Shown: piece after piece, positions 45,283-52,293 of the stretch
Numbering within the stretch: position 1 is the first letter of the stretch
How the letters are laid out: each line of letters opens with the position of its first letter
Origin: Bacilli bacterium
Lineage (GTDB): Bacteria > Bacillota_I > Bacilli_A > ML615J-28 > CAG-698
Direction: 5' to 3'
Assembly (NCBI GenBank): GCA_050177775.1
Contig: JBFXGS010000002.1
Location: forward strand, 1 to 52,293
Length of the DNA: 52,293 nucleotides
Program-made: the position numbers and the translations under genes
Notes under the pieces: model-generated
Seen by the model: only the letters and a program-made list of their open reading frames with translations
Told to the model about the DNA's origin: nothing
Databases searched by the model: none

Positions 45283-47214
45283 TTATTTGGCTGGTAAGTT
45301 TACATAGTAAACTTTAGTTGCATTGTAACCGGAATTATTAGTAATTCGAATTGTGTAACTTGTTCTTGTAGCCACCGTTGGAAGGTTAATAACCCGACCA
45401 TTGGCACTAATTAGTTCAGGATTGCTTGATTGGAAAGTGACATTGTAATCTTTTAAAACAGTTCTAACCAAGTATTCAGCTTGAACCATTTCTAAGAAGT
45501 AGTTCCACATTTCTGCATGTCTCATCGTCATTGGACAATCTTTTCCACTAAAGAAATGATGTTGAACGACACGGTCAATTCCTAATCCTTGTTCTTCCAT
45601 TAAGAAGGCGACTAATTTGGCTAAGATTTGCCATGTATGGAAGACATCGCTGCCTTTATTAACGCACGATTCAATACCAATACTATTGCGGTTTCCACCA
45701 GCGTTACCTATATAATTATAACCTGAACTATACCAAGAATTACCAATCCACCAATTGCCGTTTTGACCGACAACGGTTTGAATTCCTAGGTTGTTAATGT
45801 GAGCCGTTGTCAGAATGGTGCCATTATTAGTAGGTGCTAAAAGCCTTGTTTTTTCGCCGTTTAAAGCGTAATAACCATCAACGGTGATTGATAAAATTGG
45901 TTTTTCTTTTGAAGAAGCAACAATGCCACTATCGTTGTTTTGTTGACTCATCGCATAAGTGCGCGAGCCATCGCCGGCATGGTAAGCCACTTCATTGTTT
46001 GGAAGATGATGGAATAAACCATCGGTTCCCACGGTATAGTGCCATGAAGTATCACCATCACCTCCGCCATTGGTGACATAGGAATTATGGGCAACAGCTC
46101 CTGCCGAAGCAGCGGCTGATGCCGTATCGTGAACGGTGATATATTCGGTGCTTTCTTTAATAATTCCCGGTCGATTGTCAAGAGAAGGAGAAATTAAAGA
46201 TTCGGTGATAGTTAAAGGTTCCGCTAAATATTTACTTACACTTGTATACAAATCATAAGTATACGTTCCGTTTGTTTCCCAACCAAAGACCGTGATGTTT
46301 TTTACAATTGGGTTTTCTTCATGCAATAAATCAAATATTTCGATTGGGGTTGGTGTAACTGTGAAAGTTACTTCAGCTAGTAACGTTGTATCTTTTAAAG
46401 TTGCTTTCATGGTTACTTCTCCTGGGCCCATTGGTTTAACGCGGCCTTCTTGGTCAACGGTTGCAACAAGTTCATCGCTTGATTCCCAAACAATTTCTCC
46501 GATTGCACCGATTGGTAATATTTTAGCACTTAATTTAAAAGTTGTGGAAAGGGAAATATTGGTGACTGTAATTGGAGCAATTTCCACGCCGGTTGCTTCC
46601 GGGACAGTAACGGTAATTTCTAACTCTAAAGTATCAGGAGTATAGAAAGAGGTAATAATGACTTTGGCAACTCCACCCCCTACACCAGTTACCACGCCTT
46701 CTTGGGAGACTCGTAATACCGAAGTATTATTTGATTCCCAGAAAACTAAATTTTCTGGATTTCCAGAATCAGTAGCCACTAAAGTGATGGTTTGACCAAC
46801 CGCAACGGTATTTGGACCGTTTAAAGTGAGCGGGTTAACAGGAATTGGATCATCTTCTTTTTCAACAGTGACCACCACGGTTTTTGTTACGGTTGGATGA
46901 CCGCTAACACTAACCGTGATATTAGTTGTTCCTTCCGCAATCGCGGTAATTAATCCACTTGCGGAAACCGTCGCAACGGCCTCATTTGCGGAAGCAAAAG
47001 TGGTCGTTAACACTTCGGTCGTGTCACTAATGGTGGCATTAATTTGTGATGTTTCCGTAATCTTCAAAGTAACGCTTTCTTCTGCTACTGTTAAAGTTGG
47101 AATAATTAGATCATCATCGGGATCATCATCGGGATCTTCTTTGGGTTTACATCCCACGAAAAAAATCCCTAATGCTAAAATAAACAACACAAGTAAAAAT
47201 TTATTGTTTTTCAT
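45283..47214 (-). CDS. lipoprotein with three Big_2 domains and an Amidase_2 (N-acetylmuramoyl-L-alanine amidase/PGRP) domain
   Basis: Lipobox 'FFVGC' followed by the linker 'KPKEDPDDDPDDD'. Three Big_2-like units are present (e.g. 'ASANEAVATVSASGLITAIAEGTTNITV'). Amidase_2 motifs are 'YITVHDTAS', 'SWHYTVG', 'VAYHAGDG' and 'HHFFSGKDCP'. Confidence 0.85.
   Translation of the reverse strand: MKNNKFLLVLFILALGIFFVGCKPKEDPDDDPDDDLIIPTLTVAEESVTLKITETSQINATISDTTEVLTTTFASANEAVATVSASGLITAIAEGTTNITVSVSGHPTVTKTVVVTVEKEDDPIPVNPLTLNGPNTVAVGQTITLVATDSGNPENLVFWESNNTSVLRVSQEGVVTGVGGGVAKVIITSFYTPDTLELEITVTVPEATGVEIAPITVTNISLSTTFKLSAKILPIGAIGEIVWESSDELVATVDQEGRVKPMGPGEVTMKATLKDTTLLAEVTFTVTPTPIEIFDLLHEENPIVKNITVFGWETNGTYTYDLYTSVSKYLAEPLTITESLISPSLDNRPGIIKESTEYITVHDTASAAASAGAVAHNSYVTNGGGDGDTSWHYTVGTDGLFHHLPNNEVAYHAGDGSRTYAMSQQNNDSGIVASSKEKPILSITVDGYYALNGEKTRLLAPTNNGTILTTAHINNLGIQTVVGQNGNWWIGNSWYSSGYNYIGNAGGNRNSIGIESCVNKGSDVFHTWQILAKLVAFLMEEQGLGIDRVVQHHFFSGKDCPMTMRHAEMWNYFLEMVQAEYLVRTVLKDYNVTFQSSNPELISANGRVINLPTVATRTSYTIRITNNSGYNATKVYYVNLPAK
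47109..47136 (-). repeat. 12-bp tandem direct repeat (2.3 copies) encoding the DPDDD linker
   Basis: The plus strand reads GATCATCATCGG GATCATCATCGG GATC. Confidence 0.8.
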
Positions 47215-47238
47215 AAGGACTCCTTTTTCTTTTTTTTA

Positions 47239-47247
47239 ATTATACCA
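47239..47247 (-). promoter_or_regulatory. extended -10 promoter element of the amidase lipoprotein gene
   Basis: The minus strand reads TGGTATAAT about 25 nt upstream of the ATG. Confidence 0.5.
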
Positions 47248-47331
47248 TATTTTCTTAAGATACGAAAGTGTTTTCATAAAAATGAACGAAAAAAAACAAA
47301 AGATAAATAATATATAGATGGAGGTGCAAGT

Positions 47332-47856
47332 ATGAAACCAAAATGGAAAATCGTCGTAATTATTTCCGTGGTGGTTGTGTTAATAATGATTGGATTGGTT
47401 TTAAGTAAAGAAGAAGGACAACCATATATTTATCCCATTAACCAAGATGATGATGAAATAACTAATGACTTTGTTGTTGAAGTGAAAGGTGAAGTAAATC
47501 GACCCGGGTTATATTTTTTAAATAGTAATGCTCGGATTAATGATGCCATTATTTTGGCTGGGGGTTTTACTTTTAAAGCTAATACCGAAGTAATTAATTT
47601 GGCCTCAAAAGTGACGGACGGAATGGTCATTTTTGTTCCTAGCCAGCAAGCAGAAATTACCTTCCCCAAAATATCAATCAACCAAGCTTCTTTGAATGAA
47701 CTAATGGAAATAAGTGGAATTGGCGAAATAAAAGCACGAAACATCATTACTTACCGAAATAACCACGGTATGTTTCATGCTATCGAGGAATTGTTAAATG
47801 TGGAAGGGATTTCCCAAAACTTGTTTGATCAAATTAAAGACGACCTTTGTTTATGA
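47332..47856 (+). CDS. comEA: competence protein ComEA (membrane anchor, SLBB, helix-hairpin-helix DNA-binding domain)
   Basis: GGAGGTG RBS. N-terminal TM segment. 'VEVKGEVNRPGLYFL' SLBB motif. 'INQASLNELMEISGIGEIKARNIITYR' HhH motif. Confidence 0.92.
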   Translation: MKPKWKIVVIISVVVVLIMIGLVLSKEEGQPYIYPINQDDDEITNDFVVEVKGEVNRPGLYFLNSNARINDAIILAGGFTFKANTEVINLASKVTDGMVIFVPSQQAEITFPKISINQASLNELMEISGIGEIKARNIITYRNNHGMFHAIEELLNVEGISQNLFDQIKDDLCL

Positions 47857-49969
47857 AAAATTATTAAACAATTGGTTTTTCGTGGCCTTCTTAGTTGTCG
47901 TCGGCTTAATTTCTTACCATCATTGGTGGGTGGTATTTTTTTTGGTTGCTTTAGGTCTTTGGGTTTGGAAAAAACAAAAACTTTTTTTATTTGTTTGGTT
48001 ATTTGTTTTTGGGATAATTACCATGGTTTTTATTTTGGATAATTTACGCTTTAAAGCCATCATGCACGATGAGGTAACCGGAGTTGCTGTGGCTGTGAGC
48101 ATCAAAAGTGATCATCAAGTCATCAAAGTTAAAAAGCAGGATCAATATTATTTGGTTTATGATAATCAATTTACCAAATTAAAATTAGGTAATATTATTT
48201 TTGTTCAAGGTCAAGCCATTGCGGCGGACAAAGAGCGAATACCTAATGGCTTTGATTATCAAAAGTATTTAAAAAATCAAAAAATTGTGGGGAGAATTGT
48301 TGCAAAAGAAATAACCATAACCGGTTTTCAATTTTGCTTTTCGATAATTACGGAATTCCTTACGAAACAAGTCAAAAAGCAATTGGACGATGAATCGGCG
48401 GCTTTTTTACTTGCTGTCATTTTAGGAAATGATGATGAACTGGATGGTGAATTTTCAGAAGCCATCAAAGATAATGGGATTTTACATTTATTCGCGGTTT
48501 CGGGTCTCCATATTACTTTGTTCATTAATATCATTTTATCATTTTTATCATTTTTAAAAATAAATGAAAAAAATAAAATGATATTTATAACGATATTTTT
48601 GAGCCTTTACCTGTTGGTGACATCTTTTTCGCCTTCTGTTTTTCGAGCAACTCTGATGTGGGGCTTGGCCACCATTAATCAAAAGAAGCGACTACAATTA
48701 TCTTCTTTGGATATTTTAAGTATATGCTTTATTATGTTGCTAATTATTAATCCTTTTTATATGTACAATTTAGGGTTTCAATTAAGTTTTTTTGCAACCT
48801 TGATTATTGTTTTAGGTGGACCTCTTTTGGAAAAATATTCATCATTACTCAGAATTTTTGGATTATCCAGTCTCTGTTTATTGTTTACTCTTCCCCTTGT
48901 TATCAATATCAATTATCAAGTCAATTTGTTAAGCCCGATTACAAATGTGTTTTTTATCTTGCTTTTTGAAACCATTATTTTACCAGCTTCCATCTTTGTT
49001 TTCCTTTTTCCGTGGTTATCATATTTATATCTTCCCTTAATCAGAGCATTTAAAAGCTTAAATATGTTTTTTCAATCTTCATTTTGCATCTTTTTGAAAT
49101 TACCAAAAATGGGGATGTTTGAAATAGGCCTTTTTTATGTTCTTCTTTTTCTGATAACTAAGATGTTTTTCCATCCCAAACCCAAACCTGTTTTGTCATT
49201 GGTCTTATTAAGTTTAATGCTGGTTTGTTTTCACAATACAAACTTATTAAAACCGACTTCCATTTATTATTTAGACATCAGAGGGGGAGAAGCAACGGTG
49301 ATTTTGGCACCGAAATTAGAATGTCATGCCGTTATTGATACAGGGACAGGAGAACAAGAAGAAGTCACAACCTTTTTGAAAAGTAAAGGGATAAGGGTCC
49401 TTGATTTATTAATTTTGACTCATAACCATCGTGATCATAATGGAGAAGCCTTTTCGATTATCAAGGAATTTAAAGTGAAACAAATCATCACAAGTTATTT
49501 TGATGATGGTGGTTATCAAAATCAAGCTGTCAAGGTCAAGCCCAATGACCAAATCAACTGTGGGAAAATCCCCTTTCTTGTTCTTTCCCCTCACCAAGAA
49601 TCAAAAAACGTCAACAATGAAAGTTTGGTTTTGAAAGCGAGAATAGAAAACAAATGGTTTTTATGGATGGGGGATGCTGAAGAAAGCATTGAAAACAAAT
49701 TGATGCATCAAGACATTAAAGCCGATATTATTAAGATTGGTCATCATGGAAGCAAAACTTCTTCAAGTTATCTCTTTCTTTCACAAGTGATGCCGGAATA
49801 TGCCATAATTCAAACGGGAAGGTTGGCTTATTTAGGTTTTCCCGATGATCAAACCATTAATAATTTAAATAAATTAAAAATAAAAATATTGCGTACGGAT
49901 TGGCATTATTCGATTGTTTTTAAATATCAATATCGAAAATGGAAGGTACTTTATTTAGCCGATACTTGA
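47798..49969 (+). CDS. comEC: DNA internalisation channel ComEC/Rec2 (Competence domain + C-terminal MBL domain)
   Basis: 'GILHLFAVSGLHI' motif, multiple TM segments and the C-terminal 'LILTHNHRDHNG' and 'IKIGHHGSKTSS' motifs. The ATG lies 7 nt after GAGGAA and overlaps comEA by 59 nt. Confidence 0.9.
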   Translation: MWKGFPKTCLIKLKTTFVYEKLLNNWFFVAFLVVVGLISYHHWWVVFFLVALGLWVWKKQKLFLFVWLFVFGIITMVFILDNLRFKAIMHDEVTGVAVAVSIKSDHQVIKVKKQDQYYLVYDNQFTKLKLGNIIFVQGQAIAADKERIPNGFDYQKYLKNQKIVGRIVAKEITITGFQFCFSIITEFLTKQVKKQLDDESAAFLLAVILGNDDELDGEFSEAIKDNGILHLFAVSGLHITLFINIILSFLSFLKINEKNKMIFITIFLSLYLLVTSFSPSVFRATLMWGLATINQKKRLQLSSLDILSICFIMLLIINPFYMYNLGFQLSFFATLIIVLGGPLLEKYSSLLRIFGLSSLCLLFTLPLVININYQVNLLSPITNVFFILLFETIILPASIFVFLFPWLSYLYLPLIRAFKSLNMFFQSSFCIFLKLPKMGMFEIGLFYVLLFLITKMFFHPKPKPVLSLVLLSLMLVCFHNTNLLKPTSIYYLDIRGGEATVILAPKLECHAVIDTGTGEQEEVTTFLKSKGIRVLDLLILTHNHRDHNGEAFSIIKEFKVKQIITSYFDDGGYQNQAVKVKPNDQINCGKIPFLVLSPHQESKNVNNESLVLKARIENKWFLWMGDAEESIENKLMHQDIKADIIKIGHHGSKTSSSYLFLSQVMPEYAIIQTGRLAYLGFPDDQTINNLNKLKIKILRTDWHYSIVFKYQYRKWKVLYLADT

Positions 49970-49995
49970 TGAACAAGAGTAAAATGACAAAAACC

Positions 49996-50024
49996 TTGAC
50001 TTTCTTTTTCGGATGCTTTATGAT
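49996..50024 (+). promoter_or_regulatory. promoter of the unknown membrane protein / holA unit
   Basis: TTGACT, 17-nt spacer, TATGAT. It covers the ORF-track ATG at 50013, so I place the start at 50052. Confidence 0.6.
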
Positions 50025-50051
50025 AAAAACACCCTAGTGGAGGATGGAAAT

Positions 50052-50780
50052 ATGGATTCCAAATGTGATCACCCCCCCGCAAATGACTTGGTTAATGATG
50101 ATAATTTGTCAAATAAACACAATAAAGCAGTTAACAACAATAAGCATCGCTATTCATTGTTTCTTGGATTGCTAGCCTTTGGTTTCGGCCTTTTGTTTGG
50201 CGGTTTCTATTTGCCTGTTATCGCCATCGCTTTGGGTGTTTTCGGAGTAATCTTAGCTTTATGGGATTTTAAAAAAACCAACAAAGTTTTTTACATGGGC
50301 CTCATTTTGGGGTTATTGGGGGCTTCCATGGGTGGACTCGCTTATTATTCATCTTTTGTAAACCAAAAGATTGCCCAAGAAGCTGATCAAGTTTATAGTG
50401 AAATACTGGCCATCAACCTACCCGACATTGATCCTGATTTTTATTTTGTGGCTTTTGGAATCTTCGCTTCGATTGATGATCTTCCACGCAAAGAGTTTCA
50501 TTACTCTTTAAGCGAGAATGATAACGAAGCCTTTAATTCCCAAATCAGTTCAGATAATCGGTGGAATTCACTTCCTTTTTCTCAAACTTTAGCGGCTTTT
50601 TTAACGAATTTTAATCTTGATTTTGAATATGTTGGGGAGTATTTATTATATGACCGCATTAATGACCAATTTGGCGAATTAACCGATTTAGAAAATTATC
50701 AAAAAGAATATAACTTTGTTTTAATCATATATGACTATGAAGCCCAAGTATTAGTTTTATATGATATCTATAAATCTTAA
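50052..50780 (+). CDS. membrane protein of unknown function (Asn-rich N-terminus, ~3 TM, ~140-aa C-terminal domain)
   Basis: ATG lies 7 nt after GGAGGA. The TM segments are Gly-rich ('LFLGLLAFGFGLLFGGFYLPVIAIALGVFGVILALW'). No recognisable motif. Confidence 0.6.
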   Translation: MDSKCDHPPANDLVNDDNLSNKHNKAVNNNKHRYSLFLGLLAFGFGLLFGGFYLPVIAIALGVFGVILALWDFKKTNKVFYMGLILGLLGASMGGLAYYSSFVNQKIAQEADQVYSEILAINLPDIDPDFYFVAFGIFASIDDLPRKEFHYSLSENDNEAFNSQISSDNRWNSLPFSQTLAAFLTNFNLDFEYVGEYLLYDRINDQFGELTDLENYQKEYNFVLIIYDYEAQVLVLYDIYKS

Positions 50781-50806
50781 TAACAATTTTGGAAAGAAGT
50801 GATACA

Positions 50807-51763
50807 ATGGGAAACATATTTTTATATACGGGTGAAGAAAAATACCGAATCAATTCCAAAATTCAAGCCATTGTGAAAGATGCTAATGCCGACGATTTTA
50901 ACATCATGACCTATGACCTTGATGATTCGGATTTAACCGATGCCATCCGCGATGCCCTAACCCCGCCATTTTTGTGTGAGCAAAAAGTTGTGATTGTGAA
51001 AAACCCAAGATTTCTTACTTCTGAAAAAAGTTTAACTGAAGAACAAGCCAACGATTTTTTAAAATATTTGTCTAAACCAATGGAGACGACGGTTTTTATT
51101 ATTAATGCTGTCAATTTAAAATTAGATGAACGAAAAGAAGTCGTCAAACGTTTAAAAAAAGTCGCTCAAATAAGCGACAATAACGAGTTAACGGAAGTTG
51201 AGTTTTATGGATGGGTAAAGCGTCAATGCGCCCTCTACGAAATCGACATAAAAGAAGATGCTACAAAAGCGTTTTATAACCTTGTTGGTAAATCGCTTAT
51301 GAATGCGAAAAACGAGTTGGATAAATTGATTAACTATGTGGGGAATAAAGGCTTAATAACCATCGATGTTGTAAATAAAGTGGTTGTGAAAGAAATCCAA
51401 AACGACGTTTATGCTTTAGCGAATGCCATCATTGATCACAATCGGTCGAAAGTAATTAATTTATATCGGGATTTAACCAAAATTGGTAATGATGTTAATT
51501 ATTTATTTGGATTAGTTGCCAAGAGTATGCGCGAATTATTTACCGTAAGTTTGATGATTAGCAATGGATATAAACAACTAGATGTTGCAAACTCTTTAAA
51601 TGTTTCTTCTGGTAAAGCTTTTTACTTAATTAAAAATGCCAGAAGCATGAATTTCAACACCATTGAAAGTTATGTTGTAAAATTAGGTGAATTGGATTAC
51701 AAAATTAAAAGTGGATTAATGGATGCAAAAACAGGATTTGAGTTTTTCTTATTTGAAATATAA
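50807..51763 (+). CDS. holA: DNA polymerase III subunit delta
   Basis: 'IFLYTGEEKYRI' N-terminus, the ~320-aa length, and a position between comEC and the convergent rpsT as in Bacillota. An alternative TTG start is at 50789. Confidence 0.85.
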   Translation: MGNIFLYTGEEKYRINSKIQAIVKDANADDFNIMTYDLDDSDLTDAIRDALTPPFLCEQKVVIVKNPRFLTSEKSLTEEQANDFLKYLSKPMETTVFIINAVNLKLDERKEVVKRLKKVAQISDNNELTEVEFYGWVKRQCALYEIDIKEDATKAFYNLVGKSLMNAKNELDKLINYVGNKGLITIDVVNKVVVKEIQNDVYALANAIIDHNRSKVINLYRDLTKIGNDVNYLFGLVAKSMRELFTVSLMISNGYKQLDVANSLNVSSGKAFYLIKNARSMNFNTIESYVVKLGELDYKIKSGLMDAKTGFEFFLFEI

Positions 51764-51784
51764 GCGCTTTAAAGGAGCGCTTTT
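51762..51784 (+). terminator. rho-independent terminator after holA
   Basis: AAGCGCT-TTAAAGG-AGCGCTT followed by TTT. Confidence 0.75.
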
Positions 51785-51795
51785 AAAATTAAAAA

Positions 51796-51821
51796 CACCC
51801 ATAGAACAAGTGTCTTGGGTG
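51796..51821 (-). terminator. rho-independent terminator of rpsT
   Basis: The minus strand reads CACCCAAGACACTTGTTCTATGGGTG followed by TTTTT. Confidence 0.75.
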
Positions 51822-51823
51822 AT

Positions 51824-52087
51824 TTATGCTAAAGTATTAACTAATTTGGAAAGTCGGGACTTATTGCGCGCAACAAAGTTTTTATGCGATAATCCCTTAA
51901 CAATGGACTTATCTAATTTGGCGCTTGCTAATTGGTAAGCTTTTTTAGCTTCTTCTAAATTCTTGCTTTGAACAGCTGTTTCAACATTCTTAATGGCTGT
52001 TTTTAAAGCAGATTTGAAGGATGCATTTTGAAGTCTTTTCTTTTCATTTGTTAGATTACGTTTAGCTTGTGATTTGATGTTAGCCAT
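51824..52087 (-). CDS. rpsT: 30S ribosomal protein S20
   Basis: 'MANIKSQAKRNLTNEKKRLQNASFKS' is the canonical S20 N-terminus. GGAGGTATAAATA RBS. Confidence 0.97.
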   Translation of the reverse strand: MANIKSQAKRNLTNEKKRLQNASFKSALKTAIKNVETAVQSKNLEEAKKAYQLASAKLDKSIVKGLSHKNFVARNKSRLSKLVNTLA

Positions 52088-52116
52088 TATTTATACCTCC
52101 AAATGATACATGTCAT

Positions 52117-52145
52117 ATTATACTAAAAACAGTTAAAAAAAGCAA
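52117..52145 (-). promoter_or_regulatory. promoter of rpsT
   Basis: The minus strand reads TTGCTT, 17-nt spacer, TATAAT. Confidence 0.7.
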
Positions 52146-52224
52146 GCAATATTACGATTATTTTTCTTAAGGTATGTTATAAATCTAAATGCAACACCAA
52201 AAAAAGTCGTTTGATTTTTTTGAA

Positions 52225-52253
52225 TTGAAAAAGCCCATAGAAAGTCCTATAAT
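52225..52253 (+). promoter_or_regulatory. promoter of the gene starting at the right window edge
   Basis: TTGAAA, 17-nt spacer, TATAAT. Confidence 0.65.
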
Positions 52254-52283
52254 TTAGTCACGATACAAAACTAAGGAGGTTCT

Positions 52284-52293
52284 ATGGACCAAT
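52284..52293 (+). CDS. first codons of an unidentified gene (3'-truncated by the window)
   Basis: AAGGAGG RBS at 52273-52279, then ATG at 52284. Only 'MDQ' is visible. Confidence 0.5.

Noticed and set aside
46292-47239. Plus-strand ORFs of 117 and 107 aa antisense to the amidase lipoprotein gene. Similar minus-strand ORFs at 2600-3172 and 4505-5135 lie antisense to the SBP and repeat lipoprotein genes.
   Set aside because: These are Val/Thr/Ser-rich mirror frames of Big_2/Ig-repeat coding sequence. They have no RBS and are fully contained in well-supported genes, so they are typical antisense artefacts.
47936-47943. Homopolymer tracts as phase-variation switches: T8 near the 5' end of comEC, T8 in the CapD-like gene near 24493, and A8 in uvrB near 40013.
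   Set aside because: Runs of 8 A/T are expected by chance in a genome this AT-rich and occur in essential core genes. No evidence of frame disruption is visible. Only the G5 run at the gdpP/rplI junction has a clear consequence, and it is reported as a finding.
50013-50051. The upstream ATG of the unknown membrane protein ORF.
   Set aside because: The ATG lies within the spacer of the TTGACT-17-TATGAT promoter, so it would not be on the transcript. GGAGGA precedes the ATG at 50052.
1-52293. Searched the window for CRISPR arrays, tRNA/rRNA genes, IS elements, integrases and phage or defence-island signatures.
   Set aside because: No spaced direct repeats, no tRNA-like T-loop/acceptor arrangement in any intergenic region, and no transposase, recombinase or nuclease-type ORFs. 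The intergenic regions are short (mostly under 170 bp) and are explained by promoters and terminators.
1-52293. Possibility of the Mycoplasma/Spiroplasma genetic code (TGA = Trp), given the Mollicutes-like protein features.
   Set aside because: TGA terminates genes exactly at conserved C-termini (upp '...GDRLYGTK' at 24050-24052, dnaB at 18507-18509, comEA at 47854-47856). Trp is encoded by TGG throughout. No conserved protein is interrupted by an in-frame TGA.

Overview
Low-GC (roughly mid-30s % by eye), densely packed chromosomal window from a Bacillota/Mollicutes-related bacterium, possibly Acholeplasma- or Erysipelotrichia-like. The standard genetic code applies: TGA ends conserved C-termini (upp, dnaB, comEA) and Trp is TGG. 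Many lipoproteins have a lipobox followed by an Asp/Pro-rich linker. I call about 46 protein genes. I saw no rRNA, tRNA, CRISPR array, transposase or phage genes. The left 13.4 kb is one long, translationally coupled glycan/amino-sugar utilisation operon plus a convergent ROK kinase. It encodes 2 CUT1-type permeases, a Big_2-SBP lipoprotein, a repeat-bearing lipoprotein of unknown function, a tandem GNAT, a GntR/HutC regulator, an SGNH esterase, a NanE-like barrel, a DUF4127-like protein and an FAD protein. It resembles a nan-type locus but has no recognisable lyase, glycosidase or ABC ATPase, and it is my best candidate for an undescribed pathway. The remainder is core housekeeping in B. subtilis-like synteny blocks: rpsF-ssb-rpsR, gdpP-rplI-dnaB, prfA-(alr)-prmC, tsaC, rpiB-upp, uvrB, mnmA-recD2, comEA-comEC-holA and rpsT. 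Several oddities sit within it. GdpP and ribosomal protein L9 are fused in frame, and one G in a G5 run decides fusion versus separate genes. A CCA-enzyme paralog with degenerate catalytic motifs and a coiled-coil tail is coupled to yhaM. An ABC-2-type ATPase homolog has all catalytic motifs degenerate and is paired with a 6-TM protein. Two large, internally duplicated PrsA/SurA-like paralogs flank an MBL-fold hydrolase. A Big_2 x3 Amidase_2 lipoprotein is also present. All family assignments come from motif recognition by eye; no searches were run.
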